A stretch of DNA of 47,199 nucleotides, filler included, from Catajapyx aquilonaris (GCA_000934665.2; 2 parts of 2 records of this genome joined end to end with filler, not necessarily neighbours in it), one strand, 5' to 3'; positions 13,070 through 26,815 are shown, counted from the first letter of the whole stretch. Program-made: numbers and translations. The notes: generated from the sequence alone by a model not told the origin.

Positions 13070-13770
13070 CAGATTTTGACACTTGCACCGAAGAGTTGGT
13101 CAGTGCGACAAATAAGTGACTACTTTGAGTGCTCCAGATACATTGTCGAGAAAGCAAAGTTAATCCAAAGAGAAGGAGGTGTTATGGGTATTAGTGACCC
13201 TAGAAAGGGAAAGTGTTTGTTGAGGTCAGCTGTGGAAAAAGTTCAGGCATTCTATGAATATGGTGAAATTAGCCGCATTTGCCCTGGAACTAAAGAGTGC
13301 GTTTCAGTACAAATAGACGACGAGAAAGTCAAGAAACAAAATAAACAACTGGTTCTTCTTTCATTGAAGAAGGTATATGAGCAATGGAGGCAAGCCTACC
13401 CAGAATGACAAGGTTGGATTATTTTTCTACCTTTGCCTCTTTACGGCCAAAATGGTGTCCTTCCTGGGTCAGCGGAACACATGCGGTGTGTGTTTGTAAG
13501 CAACATCAGAAGTCAGAACGTGAAACTCGTGCTTGTAGCTTGCATATGCCAATACACGTATATACCACAGGAGTTGATTCAGCTGTCAGTGTGTTCCATG
13601 GATTCTGATGCATGTTTGGGACCTGCAACGATTGCCCTGGAGAAAACAATTTGAACACTCAGATTGAAAATAATGATACATGACCTGAAGTTACAGGAAC
13701 AAATTCAAAATAAGAGATGGGAATCCACCGACAGAACTACTCTCTTCACTGTTGTTGAAGAAACTGATTG
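13070..13770 (+). pseudogene. Degenerate DNA transposase N-terminal part (Sola2-like)
   Basis: EISRICPG..KECVSV, QLVLLSLKKVYEQW, FSTFASLRPKWC and GTHAVCVCKQHQ motifs, broken by stops and frameshifts. Confidence 0.65.
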
Positions 13771-14010
13771 CTTTTTTCAACTGAGTTTACAAAAAATAAC
13801 ATATATGTTCTTACGAAATTTTCTATAACGAAAAGTACTAATATATTTCGAACACCCTGTATTTGCAATGTTCCATATCTGTTGCGATATTTTCATTTTT
13901 GATATATGGTACATGTGTGTGTATAAATACAGTAGGCGATGTGCCACGTCGATTTTCAATATAAAAACCCATGGTTTTAGAAGACTCAGGTAGGTCACTC
14001 CCACCCACCC

Positions 14011-14293
14011 CCTGCCGGGGCGTTTTGCAGAGGGTGCTCACCTGAGAGCGCCATGAGACATTTTGGAGCCCAGGTAAGTGGCGACCCTACCGCTGAACTT
14101 TATAGGTACGAAAGAGAAGCGCTACATTGGGGGGCCCAACATGGCCGCCGGCGGTCATGTTGGGCCAGCATGTAGCGCTTCCCTTTCGTACCTATAAAGT
14201 TCAGCCTAGTCCGGTAGGGTCGCCACTTACCTGGGCTCCAAAATCTCTCATGGTGCTCTCAGGTGAGCACCCTCTGCAAAATGCCTCGGCAGG
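14011..14293. mobile_element. Foldback/MITE-like palindromic element
   Basis: ~135-bp arms (CCTGCCGGGGCGTTTTGCAGAGGGTGCTCACCTGAGAGC and its reverse complement) around ATGGCCGCCGGCGGTCAT. Confidence 0.8.
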
Positions 14294-14392
14294 TGATAAC
14301 GCCAGAATGTAGTATAAATGTCCGGGGGCTGGAAAAAACACTGAAATCACACAGCCTAATATGCGATATTTAGTAAGGTCGCCAACAAAATA

Positions 14393-14910
14393 CAGGGTGT
14401 AACAGAAACAGGTACCTATTTTTATTTCCGAATAGCTTTCCAACGAGTATGCCTACGAAAGTGAAACATATGATTCAAAATGTGCGGGAATTCGTGGGAT
14501 TTGAGCTGGGTGACACCTTGCTACTATGGCACTGCTAGCGAGAGCAGCTTGACATTTCTTGCCGTGGTGGCGCTGCTAGCGGGGGCAGCTGTGAACAAAA
14601 TGTTGGACCACCTCCACCTGTTTGTGACATAAGGATGGGGTAGGAGTGTTCGGGGGCTGGCCTGGGATATCACAGACAGGTGGTTCAACATTTTGTTCGC
14701 AGCTGCCCCCGTTATGCATATGGCAGCGCCAGTGCGCCACCACGGAAGAAGTGTCAAGCTGCGCTCGCTAGCAGTGTCATAGTAGCAAGGTGTCACCCAG
14801 CTCAAACCCCATGAATTCCCGCACATTTTGAATCATGTTTCACTTTCGTAGGCCTACTCGTTGGAAAGTTATTCGGAAATAAAATAGGTACCGATTTCTG
14901 ATACACCCTG
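14393..14910. mobile_element. Foldback MITE, Tc1/mariner type
   Basis: TA-CAGGGTGT...ACACCCTG with long (~220 bp) inverted arms. Confidence 0.85.
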
Positions 14911-16387
14911 CAGCTCTTGCTGCAGCTGTATAGGTTCGTCCCCACGGGCGCCCACGAGTGAGGAAACTACAAGGTGTGTGTCATGATGATTCAGACAAAC
15001 TTGTAGCGTAAACTCCTCGGTAAAAGAGGATCACTAATTCATGCGCGGGTGTCATTTGGTCACTGCGCTGTGCTCTCCTGACCTATACTGTAGAATGTAG
15101 ATCATCAGCATTCAGAAAAGAGTGGATACAGCATACGACCCTGGACCCTTCCATCCCTTCCGAAACTGCTTGATGGACCTAACGACATGAGGGAACCACA
15201 TGCAGTAGCTGAAACAGGCAAGGTCGCTCGGAGGGACGCCTACCTGCCAGGATATTTGATACCAATTATAATCCCCTTATCTCGGTGACAAAATAATCGG
15301 ACCTTTTATCCAGGAATGGAACTTTATAAGTTGCTTGCTTGTCCATCAGTACCGCTACGGACACCCTGTGTAGTCTGATGCCTAAGTAGCCTACTTGTGG
15401 GGAATCGTTGCGTTGGTGCCTCTGCTGGTGCTGGTCGCATGATCCGGATAAGGCTATGAGGACGCCATAGTTGAAAACCTCCTTATTCTGATGTAACTAA
15501 AATAATATATTAGCGACTGCACTGTAAATGATGCCAGATGTTATATTCTCTCAATATTTTGAGAGCAAGTTGGAATGTTCCTGCACCCCTAGAACTTGTC
15601 GGCGCGGCATTGTTGCCACCCGCCTCATTTATTCGTCCAGCGCAATTTCGACTTGCAAATGAGGATCGGCAGATGGCGGGCGAAGGTCCGAATATGATTC
15701 GCGAGTGGTTGTTAACTACATGCGAAACACGGCGCGGGTGGATTTCGCTTCAACTCTCTCCAGCATCTAGAGCTCGTATACAGCAGAATAAAGATCACTT
15801 TGTCCTGCGGGCATAGATGGGGCTGCATGTCCAATTCGAAATCATAGGCACATGGGTAAGGATTGCCCCCTCCATAATATAACGACATTGACCACACGTT
15901 TCTCCGATACGGTGCGATGTGTAGTTGAATGCATTCTCACGTTTCACATTTCACCTAACTTTATCGGAGCATAAATCTACACAGGGTTTATTCACTGTTT
16001 CACTCTTAGTTTACTTGGGAATGGAATCAGATTTTGCTTCACTTATGGCATGTTTTGAGTAATTTAAACATTGTCTTGGCAATGTTTTCTGCGTCTCGAG
16101 AATCATACTCGTAGCAGCAAAAATGTCGGTCATTGCCTGGAGTGGAATAGACATGCGGCACTTTGATCCAACCTCCCTTTATTAGAGCCGAGTCTTATAA
16201 TGTTATAAATGTCAAATATTTCACATAGCTACTACTTAATCCCTTAGCTTACATAAATTATGATAAAAAGGCGCCAATAATGTATGTGTTGCCACCTTTA
16301 GTAGAAATGACTCATTTAAGGACAGATCTTGGAAACTACATGGAAAACAGTTGTTTGTAAATGACATATAACCGTTATTAACTAATA

Positions 16388-16395
<8 letters not shown>

Positions 16396-16462
<67 letters not shown>

Positions 16463-16809
16463 TAATAATAATAATAATAATAATCCGGGTAGTGCTTGAC
16501 CTCATCTGAGGTATATAGCACGGACCTTTATTTATGTCTCGTACATATATTGGAACCTTTATACGTAACGCCCGGGCCCACGGGCAGGATGACAGGAGGG
16601 GATGTGCAAGGTGCAGTGCAATGTCTTTATGTGGCCATTTTTAGTGAACTCCCCCGGGTGGTTTAATCTGTGGAAATACCACCCGAGACGAAGCCAGAGG
16701 TGACCCTGAACTCTGCACGAGATGAAGGGGGTGTCCCCGGGCTGGGATCGAACCCGGGACCTTAACATCCGTGGGCACATACGTTACCGCAGCACCACTC
16801 CGCCTCCCC
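16396..16809 (-). mobile_element. tRNA-derived SINE (family A), full length, (TTA)n/(TAG)n tail
   Basis: A box TGGTGCTGCGG and B box GGTTCGATCCC; microsatellite tail; near-perfect TSD AACTAATAT(A/C)CTACTA at 16380-16395 and 16810-16825; second copy at 36401. Confidence 0.88.
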
Positions 16810-17157
16810 AACTAATATCCTACTATAAATAGACAACTAGCAGTGAATATGCATAAAAAATTCGCGATCCCGTCGTGGGTGAACGTACAGCATGTCTGAC
16901 ATTGAAGTGCCATTGAGAGTGACAATAACCTGATGGTCACGGCGTCTTCCCAGAAAAGATGTTAAGATCCTGTCAATGTATCTAAGCGCGTTTTAAAATA
17001 TCCCTGGCGTGATATATGGCTTGGCCAGGAGAGTTTAATTAACCGGCGTAATGGCCCGTGCCACTCAAACTGGTCACGTGATCCACTCACTGATGCACTG
17101 CAGGAGGGTCCTTTTCATTTACTTATTTGCGCTGAGAAACCTGTCTGCAACAAAGTA

Positions 17158-17504
17158 TTTTTTATTATGTACCCCGTTGTGGTCCTAAGCCCTATAGGGG
17201 GGTGGCACACCACCATCAGTTTTCTCAGTGTATTTACACTATTTTCTTCATTCACCGGTGCAAGGAGTCAAGGATGTCGGGTAGGGGTAGGGATTTTTTG
17301 GGGAGGGAACATAGGTGCAAGTGCAATGTCTACAACATGGGTCATGTGCTGTCCCCCAGGAGGTTAGGTTGCCAGACACCTCCTTGGTGCAGGTCAGAGA
17401 CCCTCCTGACGCAGGTGAAAGGAAAGTTCCCCAGGCGGGGATCGAACCTGGGGCCTTTCACACAGCAAGACGAGACGTTACCATCACGGCCACCACACCT
17501 CCCC
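17158..17504 (-). mobile_element. tRNA-derived SINE (family B)
   Basis: B box GGTTCGATCCC, A-rich tail, exact 15-bp TSD GTCTGCAACAAAGTA at 17143-17157 and 17505-17519. Confidence 0.88.
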
Positions 17505-18287
17505 GTCTGCAACAAAGTAGCTCCGCCGAGTCGGAATAGTAATGTTGTCCGTATGCGACAGGTTTCCACTATGTGCGACAGTAACGGACTCAGAACACAG
17601 CGAAAGATTAGCCATTACGAAACATTTGATCGCTGGACTCCTGAGGAGCATTATTATGCTTTTTACTGTCATCCATGTAACGGAATTAGGGCCCGTTATA
17701 TAGGTGGGTTTCACCGTGTTACGTAATTATCGGGGTAGGGGAGAGAAGTATACAGTATATACTCCAGCAACCAGGAGAAAGAAGATCTTTGGCACCTTAT
17801 TGCCTGTTCACTTGGCAAGATTGTTGCTTCTCTTCAGACAGGTTGCTGGTGGCGAACGATCCACAACTTTTCCTTGCCTGTGGACTGTGGACTTGGACCG
17901 CTGTCCAATATACTATAATACTGTACGTGTACACAGTATAAATACGCTATGTATCAGCTATGTATTGTCACAAGAGTACCAATCAGGTTTTGGTGTCGAG
18001 AAAATAATGACTGCGCGTCATAAAGTAACTATGGTAATTACGTCATAAACGTGTGGTTGCGACATGCCAGCTAATAAGTAATAAACTCAATGTCAATTGA
18101 GAAGTATGATCAAAACAAACGCAACCTAAATGAGTTGGCACAATTTCCTTACCTATACCATAAACATACACGTAGGCTACTGTACGACATACTAGCACAG
18201 GGTGATCCTACCTCATTAGTCATTACTGTTCTGATATCATTCGTGTCGGTTAGCCGTTTTTCTGCACTGACCTGCTACTTATAAGCA

Positions 18288-18288
<1 letters not shown>

Positions 18289-18333
<45 letters not shown>
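18289..18333 (+). repeat. (TTA)n microsatellite
   Basis: Directly visible. Confidence 0.95.
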
Positions 18334-18334
<1 letters not shown>

Positions 18335-19721
18335 GTGCCGCCTATTGTGCGACATTTGTGCCACATCTATTTTGATATAAAAATCCTGATATCACACGCC
18401 AGTGCTCCCAGGGCCAAAATAATATGCAAACAAAGCCTACGAATAATATGATCACGTAATAATATGATTCGATAGATTTCATCAAAAATTCGCATGTACG
18501 GGAACATTATACAGTACGCTCCAAGTGAATTGTCCGTATCGGTCAGTAATTTGTCTCTTATTAAGCTATTTACTTTTAATACAGTAACTTTTGAGCAGCC
18601 GCTTTTAGAGGCTGAAATATTAGCCATTCATCTTACAGGCTGAATGGATGGGTATAGACTCGTATTAGTCATTAGATGACCAGAAAGCATGCCAATAATG
18701 TTACATGTGAAGTGGTAAAAGGGTCTACCAACAGTAGACCTGGGTCAGAGGGCTGGGCACAAAGGATGGTTGAAGGCAGCCCGACCCACTCTTGTCAATC
18801 CAGCTGGTTTATTAGTGCCCAAGTGGAGGTGAGGAGAAGCTGATTATTGGGGCTAGACACGGATGAACCAAGCAAGGTGGGGGGGAGAAAGAAAGAAAGA
18901 GAGTAAGAGAGAGAAAAAAAGAGGTCAGTGGGGTGGTGAGGAGGGTTAAGGCCGACGACTTTGGGAGCGGGAGGATGGACACCATGTTATTGGTCAAGAT
19001 TCTCGGACACAGTCTATCTCACTCACGGCAACACTACGCACACCCACACACACCTCACATGCTGACCTAACCACACAGCACGGGATGTCACTACTGCCAC
19101 AAAATGCCAGGGCAATCACAAATTTCGGACAAAGTGCAAAAAAAACCAAAATAATGTTCAAAATAATGTTCTGAAATTTCGAATATTTCCCGGACTGTCA
19201 GTCTCAAATTCCGAATTAAAAATGGTCGCTGCACACAAGTCCAGGTGAATATTACAATCTGGAAGTAATTAAGGTTAAAATTCGACAAAATCGTGCATAC
19301 GTAGTATAGATACGTACATATCCTGCGTCTTATTTCCGTATTTTCCTTGCTAATATTCTGTAAATTCACGCCTGTAAAGTATCCAAATAAAGTCGTCCGG
19401 CGACCATGAAAAGTGGTCCAAATATAGGCCAGTTGGTAGTGAGACAGTATTACTGTTACAGTAGGGCTTTCGGAATATTGTTCAGCCTAAATCACTTTTG
19501 GTGCATAGAAAAAACCTGCCCAAATTTAGTGTGGGAATAAATTGTGCCAGTGGAAACTAGGCTTTTCCTGCTGAGTATATACCAGATCTTACTAGTTTTA
19601 TCTCATAAGCAGCAGTGTTGCTAACTAAAAAGTCGCGTTCATAAAATCACGAGGATTGTTCTGAACGACTTAGATATGCCTGAATCCTGAATGACTTCAT
19701 TATCCTCTATAGAGTCTAGAC

Positions 19722-20102
19722 CAGGGGTGGGTCGGATCCGGCCCGCGAAGACAATTTGTGCGGCCCGCGCAAAAAAAAAAAAAACCTGAAATGTATTCCT
19801 GAAAATGTTGAAAAATTAAAATTGCAAAATTTTATTCCCGCGCCTTTCTTTTTAATTCCTTTAAATTCGCAAAAATAGTTTTTAAAATTTTATACAGGAT
19901 ATTTTCATTGATATGTTTAGCTAATTTTATCTATTTTCAGAGAATTTAATAATAATTTATGCAATTAATGGAAGTTTATTTAAAACGATGGATATATAAT
20001 TGTAAACTGTTTATAAGTTGAAACTTCTTTTGGTAGATGCGGCCCGTCAATTTTTTTTAAATCTCTATGCGGCCCACGGAGAAAAAAGTTTGCCCACTCC
20101 TG
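19722..20102. mobile_element. hAT (Charlie/Buster-like) MITE
   Basis: CAGGGGTGGG...GCCCACTCCTG ends, subterminal GCGGCCC repeats, 8-bp TSD (G/C)TCTAGAC. Confidence 0.82.
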
Positions 20103-22689
20103 CTCTAGACACTAGAGATAATTGTTTGCTATGAGAAAAAAATCCATAAATTGCATTATTTTGGCATTGCCATATGATGAGTATGTTTTTGCCTTTCCTA
20201 ACATTTAATAACATTATGGCCATGAAGCTATTTGAACCGTGCTCCTTCCTTGTTTGATATTCGGAGGCTTTTCTCGGGAATATTTCGGGCGTTAGAACTG
20301 ATTCGGGTGCTCGCAACACATGTAGACTATCACGTTAATCCAAAATAGATGAAATTGTGGGATAGCGTCATAAGAGACACCACACCGATCTTGACCTCTG
20401 ACTTGAAGGGCTCTTCTTCTGATGCCTTTCTCTATGATTTTACTGGTCTCCCTGCAATGACACGGAGGTCACCACTGTTTGACAGACTTCGTTACCCCTA
20501 GTTTGACAGATGAGTGGACCGGTATGAGAGGAGAGTATACAACTGGCCTGACCACTCATTGAAAAGGGAAAGACGGAAAAAAGCGAAAGAGAAAAGGTCA
20601 GAGGTCTAGGTTTGCCCGTTCTCTTGCTTTCTTTTGTCCCCCCCCCCCCACTCCATCACCCTCCTTTTTTAAAAAATTTGGTGAGGAAATGGCTCCCGAG
20701 GGTGACTTTCTCCGATACAGTGTGAGCTTGCGAGGTTTCCTTGGCGTCCTGTAAGTCAGCATAGCACAGCGAGCACGTGCGTTTGGAGAGAGAAAACGAT
20801 CGTTTGTTGAATAAGTGATGAGTGGCAGGCAGCACCCTAGCTTGCACACCCAGCCGGCCTCTTGCTTGGGATGGGAGTCGTGGAAAGCGTGGGAACCAAG
20901 CCCCAGGACTACCTTCATCATTTTTCAAGACTACCAGGGTGGCACGGTCTACTCACCACCCACCCACCCACCCACCCACCCAAGAAACCAGCTCATGTTG
21001 GTGCACCTGATGCAACCAACTGGTGCAATATATTAGTCCATGCCATGTAGTAATGATACTATAACGCAATGAACTAGTACAGTCAGTCTGTGATCCCATT
21101 CACACAGGCACGTGTCAGCTGGATCCGGTCCGGACCCGGTCCAATCATGATCACATACGTACTGTTGGCGGCAATAATTGATTTGATTAGTTTGCATATT
21201 AGGTGCGTAACAATGCACTTTAGAGTCACAAAGTTCTAATTCCTCCCATTCGCCATAAAATAGAGAATGATACAATAATTGGAATGTTTTTTTCAGTTTG
21301 CAATTTTTGGCACTAAACTGTTTACGTTGAGCAGTTCTTTTGGAGTTGCTACTCTTATATGCTAATGTTAGGCGAATTGAATCACGTCTCCATTCTGCGA
21401 CCTTCAAAAATGTATCGTGGGAACATTTGGCATCAAACGTCAATTACACAACCCACTTTGCAGGCTTTGAAATAAAACCTAATATCAGCAACTAATACTT
21501 TGCATAACCACTAAAAGGAACTGCAAATAAACGGCTTTGTACCAAATAAGTACTAACTGAAATGGACATATCAATATATTGGAGCAGTCTGCCTGCTTGT
21601 CGCTTGTGCGCTACTATGGTCCCGTTTACGCATCATCAAGTCAAATCTCAAACGAGCTCTATTTGGATGACTGTCTGTGGGTCTACTCTGTCCGCATGAA
21701 CAAACCCGTACTGCTCGTATAGTATATCGGACAATCAGAAGCAGCAGCCACTGGTATTGTGCCAGTGTCACCTCCGAACCTCTGATGAAGCTGACCTGTT
21801 GAAGCCTCTTGATCATTTCCGAGGTACATTGTGGCAAATGCTTGATCTATGACAGCTCCGAGTTTTTCAGAGCCTTCTTATATCGCCCTCAGTTAGTATC
21901 GTAAAGCAAAGGTATCGTCGGGTATATCGTAAGACATTGTAGAGGGTACAGTATCAATGGCAGCACTCCTGATTCTAGCTTCCTTCCATTTTGCAGGTAT
22001 CCCTTTCAGCGGGCCTTAGTTAGTAGATCAACATTGGCAACACTGCTGGTGACAAGACAGCGTCCAGCAAGATGGACTGGTATCCCAATGCCACCTCTGA
22101 AGTAAGAGAGCCTTCACCTATATGCAGAGATGGGCGTGCTGCGTCCTGATTGGACGTGAGGCTGACTTCTTGATGCACGTGGCTTACTTGTTGTCCGCTC
22201 TCGAATAATTCTGCCTGGATTCCTCCTAGATCCTCCTGAGGCATAGTGACCACACCTGCTGCTGACCACCACCATCCCTTCATCATGCAGATGTGGGGAC
22301 GACCTTAGCCCGGTGACCTACCCCCTGGAGGCTCCACGTCACAGGAGGTCAACCTGCTGGCTGGACTCAACGTTGTATGCGTGTCCAGGGAGGGTGGGTC
22401 ACGTGCCGGCCGAATGTGTGCCAGTCGAGTGACGTCACGGAATGGCCTTGGTTGGTCACACAGCCAAATGCGCCTCCAGAAAGGTGTCGGTGAAGGGTTC
22501 CCCCCCACCTTCCCTTGCCCAGGTGACCACCCTCCCTCCCATCCATCCTTCTACTTGTGATCGTGTCTGAGGAATAATCTCAGAAACCCTGCCAGACAAG
22601 CAGATAAGTTAAAGCAGCAACCTAATGTCGGTCACTGATACGCCTTCAGATAGCTACATTTTATTAGCCAATCACTTCCCGTGTGTCAC

Positions 22690-22950
22690 ACCTTCTTATC
22701 ACTGTTTGAGGGCCGTAAAGGACACCTTCAAACTCATTACGTCCATCTATTAAGTCAGGTTGTCGAGCGTAGGGGAGGGTGCGGCAATATGGGGGACACG
22801 AGGTAAGACGGAACACCCCCTCTAAAAAGTCGGCAAGTGCTGCTATCTTTTTTACAAGGCAGTCTTTGCACTTCCTGCATCTATCTGCATTGGATGAAAG
22901 TAATGGCCGATAGCCCCATGTGGCTTTGGTCAGTATACTCTCAGTGGGGA
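22690..22950 (-). pseudogene. Highly decayed non-LTR (LINE) reverse transcriptase remnant
   Basis: Faint YRPL and RGVPSYLV motifs in different frames. Confidence 0.3.
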
Positions 22951-23560
22951 GCATTTTTTCTGGTTTTATACCAGTTTGCTATTATTTTGCACTCTCTATT
23001 CCTTACCAAAATATTTGTATATTAATTACAGAAATGGATAGAGATGATATCTCAAAAAAGGTCAGTTCATGATGAATCTGTCAAAAAATATGTGCGTACA
23101 TTTGCATTTTAGCAGTCGCATGGGTCAACATGTGTGAAATGGCTGCTCGAGGCAAGACGGAGACGAGCATGGTGTATCCCCATCAGGCAGAAAAGTTAAT
23201 CTGGAGAAAAAAATTATCCGAGAAGATTTAGTTTCCAAAAGATACTCCAAGAAAATGGGAAAAAATAAGCGGCATTAGAAAATCCCTGATACAGAAGCTG
23301 GCGACTCAGATGACACTCGTGTCTCTATTGTTAATATATATAGGCTACCTCTATTCCCAATATCATGATGTACGGTGTCCTGTGGAGTTTGTGGCAGGTG
23401 GGCACACTGTGCCTGTGCGGGGTCCGACAACGAGACAGTTGCACAGCCGTTCTGTGTATGTGACTTAAAGGGACACTCCAGTCTGAAGACAAGTTGATGT
23501 CTAAAAATCAGGCAAAAAATCCTGACCCCAACGCAAAAATCCGTTTGTCTCAAAACAGAA

Positions 23561-23660
23561 NNNNNNNNNNNNNNNNNNNNNNNNNNNNNNNNNNNNNNNN
23601 NNNNTTAATTAATTAANNNNNNNNNNNNNNNNNNNNNNNNNNNNNNNNNNNNNNNNNNNN
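23561..23660. other. Assembly gap with artificial all-frame-stop linker
   Basis: 44 N + TTAATTAATTAA (23605-23616) + 44 N. Confidence 0.97.
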
Positions 23661-23760
23661 GAGTAACGATGCCCGCTGGCGGCAACATTACGAGTCGCAA
23701 CGGACGGGCTGGCGCATGCGCGCTGATATGGGAAAGCCTCGCCCCACGCCAGGCTCAAAA

Positions 23761-24375
23761 TTGGCAATTTTTGTGAAAATGGTTTTTAAACGTGTTCGAA
23801 CTGTATCCTGACATAAGATTCGAGTTCGGCGACTTCGTATCATTGCTAGGAATCGACTCCTTAATCGTCAATTTCCTGCGAAAAATACGGTTCCGATATT
23901 GTAACAATGGAGGCCATTTTCATTATTGGCCGCCATATTGGCTTCAAACGTGTTCAAACTGTATTCTGACATTAGAATCGTGTTCAGCGACTTCGTATTG
24001 CTAGGAATCGACTCCTCAACCGCCAATTTCCTGCGAAAAATACCTATCTTGTAACAATGGAGGTTATTTCCATTATTGGCCGCCATATTGGTTTCAAACA
24101 TGTTCAAACTGTATTCTGACATTAGAATCGTGTTCAGCGACTTCGTATTGGTAGGAATTGACACCTCAATCGTCAATTTCCTGCGAACAATACCGATTTT
24201 GTAACAATGGAGGCCATTTTCATTATTGGCCGCCATCTTAAATCCTAATGGACGAAATTTCCGGTTCCACTTCCGGAATCATTCCTTATGGTCCTAGGAA
24301 GCACCATGCCAAGTGGCACACTTTCATCATCAAATGCCAGGTTTTTCCGAAATATGGCCCTTACCGCTTCCACTA
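23761..24375. mobile_element. Non-autonomous element with ~3 internal tandem repeats of 150-158 bp
   Basis: Units start at 23788, 23946 and 24096; ends in TACCGCTTCCACTA like the element at 1-663. Confidence 0.7.
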
Positions 24376-24466
24376 GTAGCAAAGGTATACCGTACCTGAT
24401 GGTGACAGTGAATTATTGCTGAAGAAGTAACTGTACGCTCTGGCAATTTCCCCCCCCCTCNTCCAG

Positions 24467-24700
24467 AGGTATGCCATCGATGAGTTGCTGAAGAAGGCCA
24501 TCAAGGTGTGCAGAATTCCCCCGTACCATTGTCATTACAACCACATCGAGCAAGTGTGGGCGAAGCTCAAGCACTACTAGAACTACCATGTGGCAAGGGC
24601 AGGCAGGTTTGGTCGCGATCAGGGCCGAGGAAACGACTATAAGCCGTGTGTTTTCTGCTGGAGATGAGGCGGTCCATACGTGACAGCATATTTCCCTGAG
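24467..24700 (+). pseudogene. IS630/Tc1/mariner-family DDE transposase fragment
   Basis: Hand translation RYAIDELLKKAIKVCRIPPYHCHYNHIEQVWAKLKHY* matches the LPPYHC.LNPIE.VW motif. Confidence 0.8.
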
Positions 24701-24939
24701 CTCGAGCAAAAACCGAGACAGCAGAGCAAGGGTGGAGTTTTCCAACTCATTTTAAGATGAAATCTGGACAGTGGAACAAATTTTATTTTCGAAATGAAGA
24801 TAAATATTGTCCACGTGACACCTAATCTCATCATTAACAAGAGCAGCACTATTTACAAGAATGCTGAACTAGAGATCATTTTCAATGGAGGTAGATTATT
24901 GATCTGTGGTCAAAATCTGTTCCTTCAACAGCTGGCGTT

Positions 24940-25245
24940 GACAGCCTGTTGGAAAAAGTCCTCGAAGTACAGGCATGCTGTGGCACAGGAATCTCCAGCA
25001 AAGTTCGCAGCGCAACGTTTACTGCACAGGCAGGATTGCACCAATGAAGTAAGCATGGATACAGGTGGAATGCCAATCCTGAACATCTGGTGCAATATGT
25101 GGATGACCACATCAGGAGTTTCCCTAGAAGACATTCCCACTACAGTCGCCAGGCCAACACGAAACATGACTATCTATCCCCTGAACTGTCAGTCAAGAAG
25201 ATGCACATGCTGTATCTAGAGAAATGTGAACCGGAGCAGTATCTG
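24940..25245 (+). pseudogene. Transposase fragment (Sola1-like N-terminal region)
   Basis: DHIRSFPRRHSHYSR...YLSPELSVKKMHMLY motif. Confidence 0.65.
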
Positions 25246-25689
25246 TTGATGGACGCAGGAAAACCTACGACGCCTAAGATAAGTGGTGTGGTTGAGATCT
25301 GATGGATAGCCTGATGGCAAATGCTGCAGACATTGCTGAGACATATCCTATAATCCATGTTATATTAATGGATGGGAGGGATGCAGATATTCTGGACAAG
25401 TGCTACATGAGCAAGTCATGTGATGAGGCATATTGTGGCTATGTTGTAGAGTGATTATTCTAAATAATCTGACATGTGGGAATATAGCGGCAAAGGACCG
25501 ATGTAATGCAGGCTTCCTGGCGCCAAACGGCCATAAAAGGGCTATTAGAGCTGGTCCCAGAAAAGGGATAATCCAAGGGGTTCGCATCAGTATGTTTCGT
25601 AGCACCTTGCACCCCTCCGGCCTTACAGGCCACGTCGATAGTGCCGGGGAAAATCATACAGTGAGAAATAATATATTACAAAACAAGAG

Positions 25690-26245
25690 GCTCTTTTACA
25701 AGGATTACCAACCATTTTCTATTGTGGGGGAGGAAGGATTTCGCGAATACACTTGGACACTGAACCCTTCATACAAGCTTCCTAATCGGAAAACCTTATC
25801 CCAATCCACTTTACCTGCCATGTATGAAGTCTTCGTCGTAGAGACGAAAGAAAAACTTAGTGGGGCAGCAACAGTCTGTTTGTCAAATGATTGTTGGAGG
25901 TCATTAGCAAATGACAGTTACCTGGCTGTCATTGCGCACTACATTGGCGAGTCTGTCCTGCTGGAATGCGATGTGACGGAGGGGCGACACACTTCAGGTA
26001 ACTTGGGTGGAGAAATTCAGAGCATAGTATCCGACTGGGGACTGGCAGGAAAGGTGGAATTGCTGGTGACTGACAACGCCAGTATCATCGTGGGTGCTGC
26101 AGAAAAGCTAAAATGGAAGCCCTTCGGCTGCTTCGCTCACGGCCTCAACTTGGTTGTAAAGAAGGGGCTAGAACCTGCCGATGTTATTCTCCAAAAAGTC
26201 AGCCAAATAGTGTCCTATTTTCGCAGAAGTCCTCTAGCAACAGTG
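25690..26245 (+). pseudogene. hAT (Ac/ZBED-like) transposase fragment
   Basis: QPFSIVGEEGF, PSYKLPNRKTL, DCWRS, SYLAVIAHYI, VTDNAS, CFAHGLNLVV. Confidence 0.9.
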
Positions 26246-26247
26246 TA

Positions 26248-26640
26248 GCCTGCTATGTATACCATGAGGTTGTGGCCAAGAAAGGCCCAAATAAGATGGT
26301 GTCAAGGCTGTTCCACTACATCAAACAGAAGCTGCCAAGTGATTGTCAATCAAGAAAACAATTGCGCCAAGCAGGTAAAGAATATGCTAATGCTGAGCAG
26401 AAGGTAATTGCTGCCAAAACTGTAAAAATCATGAAAGACTATCACAATAGTTGCAAGTTTCAGTGCGCTAAGAAAATCACACATCAACAGAGAGAGGATA
26501 CATTTAAAGCTTTTCATAGTTATGACCAAAATAGGGAACACCATCACATTGTCTCCACAAGCGAAAGGTATGCTAAAAAACGTAACACTACAAGCCATAC
26601 TAGCAGTATACACAGTGTTGATTGTAAAACATTCAAGTAA
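26248..26640 (+). pseudogene. Two short Sola1-like transposase fragments
   Basis: CYVYHEVVAKKGPN resembles the CYLWHEG..RG.NE motif; followed by RKQLRQAGKEY...CKFQCAKKIT. Confidence 0.5.
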
Positions 26641-26815
26641 AACAAACACTTTTTGTATCACCAGTTGTTGTTCTTTGTGTCTTGTGATAATGCAGGACCA
26701 TGAAGGACAAAATAAAATCATGTGATTCGTAAGACATGATAAACATTGGTTTCCTTTATTTGTACTTCTGATTATTTGAAGAGAAAACTAAATTATGTAC
26801 TAAGAAAAGCCCCCC

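Noticed and set aside
23788..24239. CRISPR-like array or repeat protein (ORF 23868-24236)
   Set aside because: Contiguous 150-158 bp tandem units with no unique spacers, inside a non-autonomous element in a eukaryotic context
25433..26248. 271-aa ORF as a functional gene
   Set aside because: Chance fusion of unrelated upstream scraps to an internal hAT fragment that lacks the BED finger and the C-terminal catalytic and dimerisation parts
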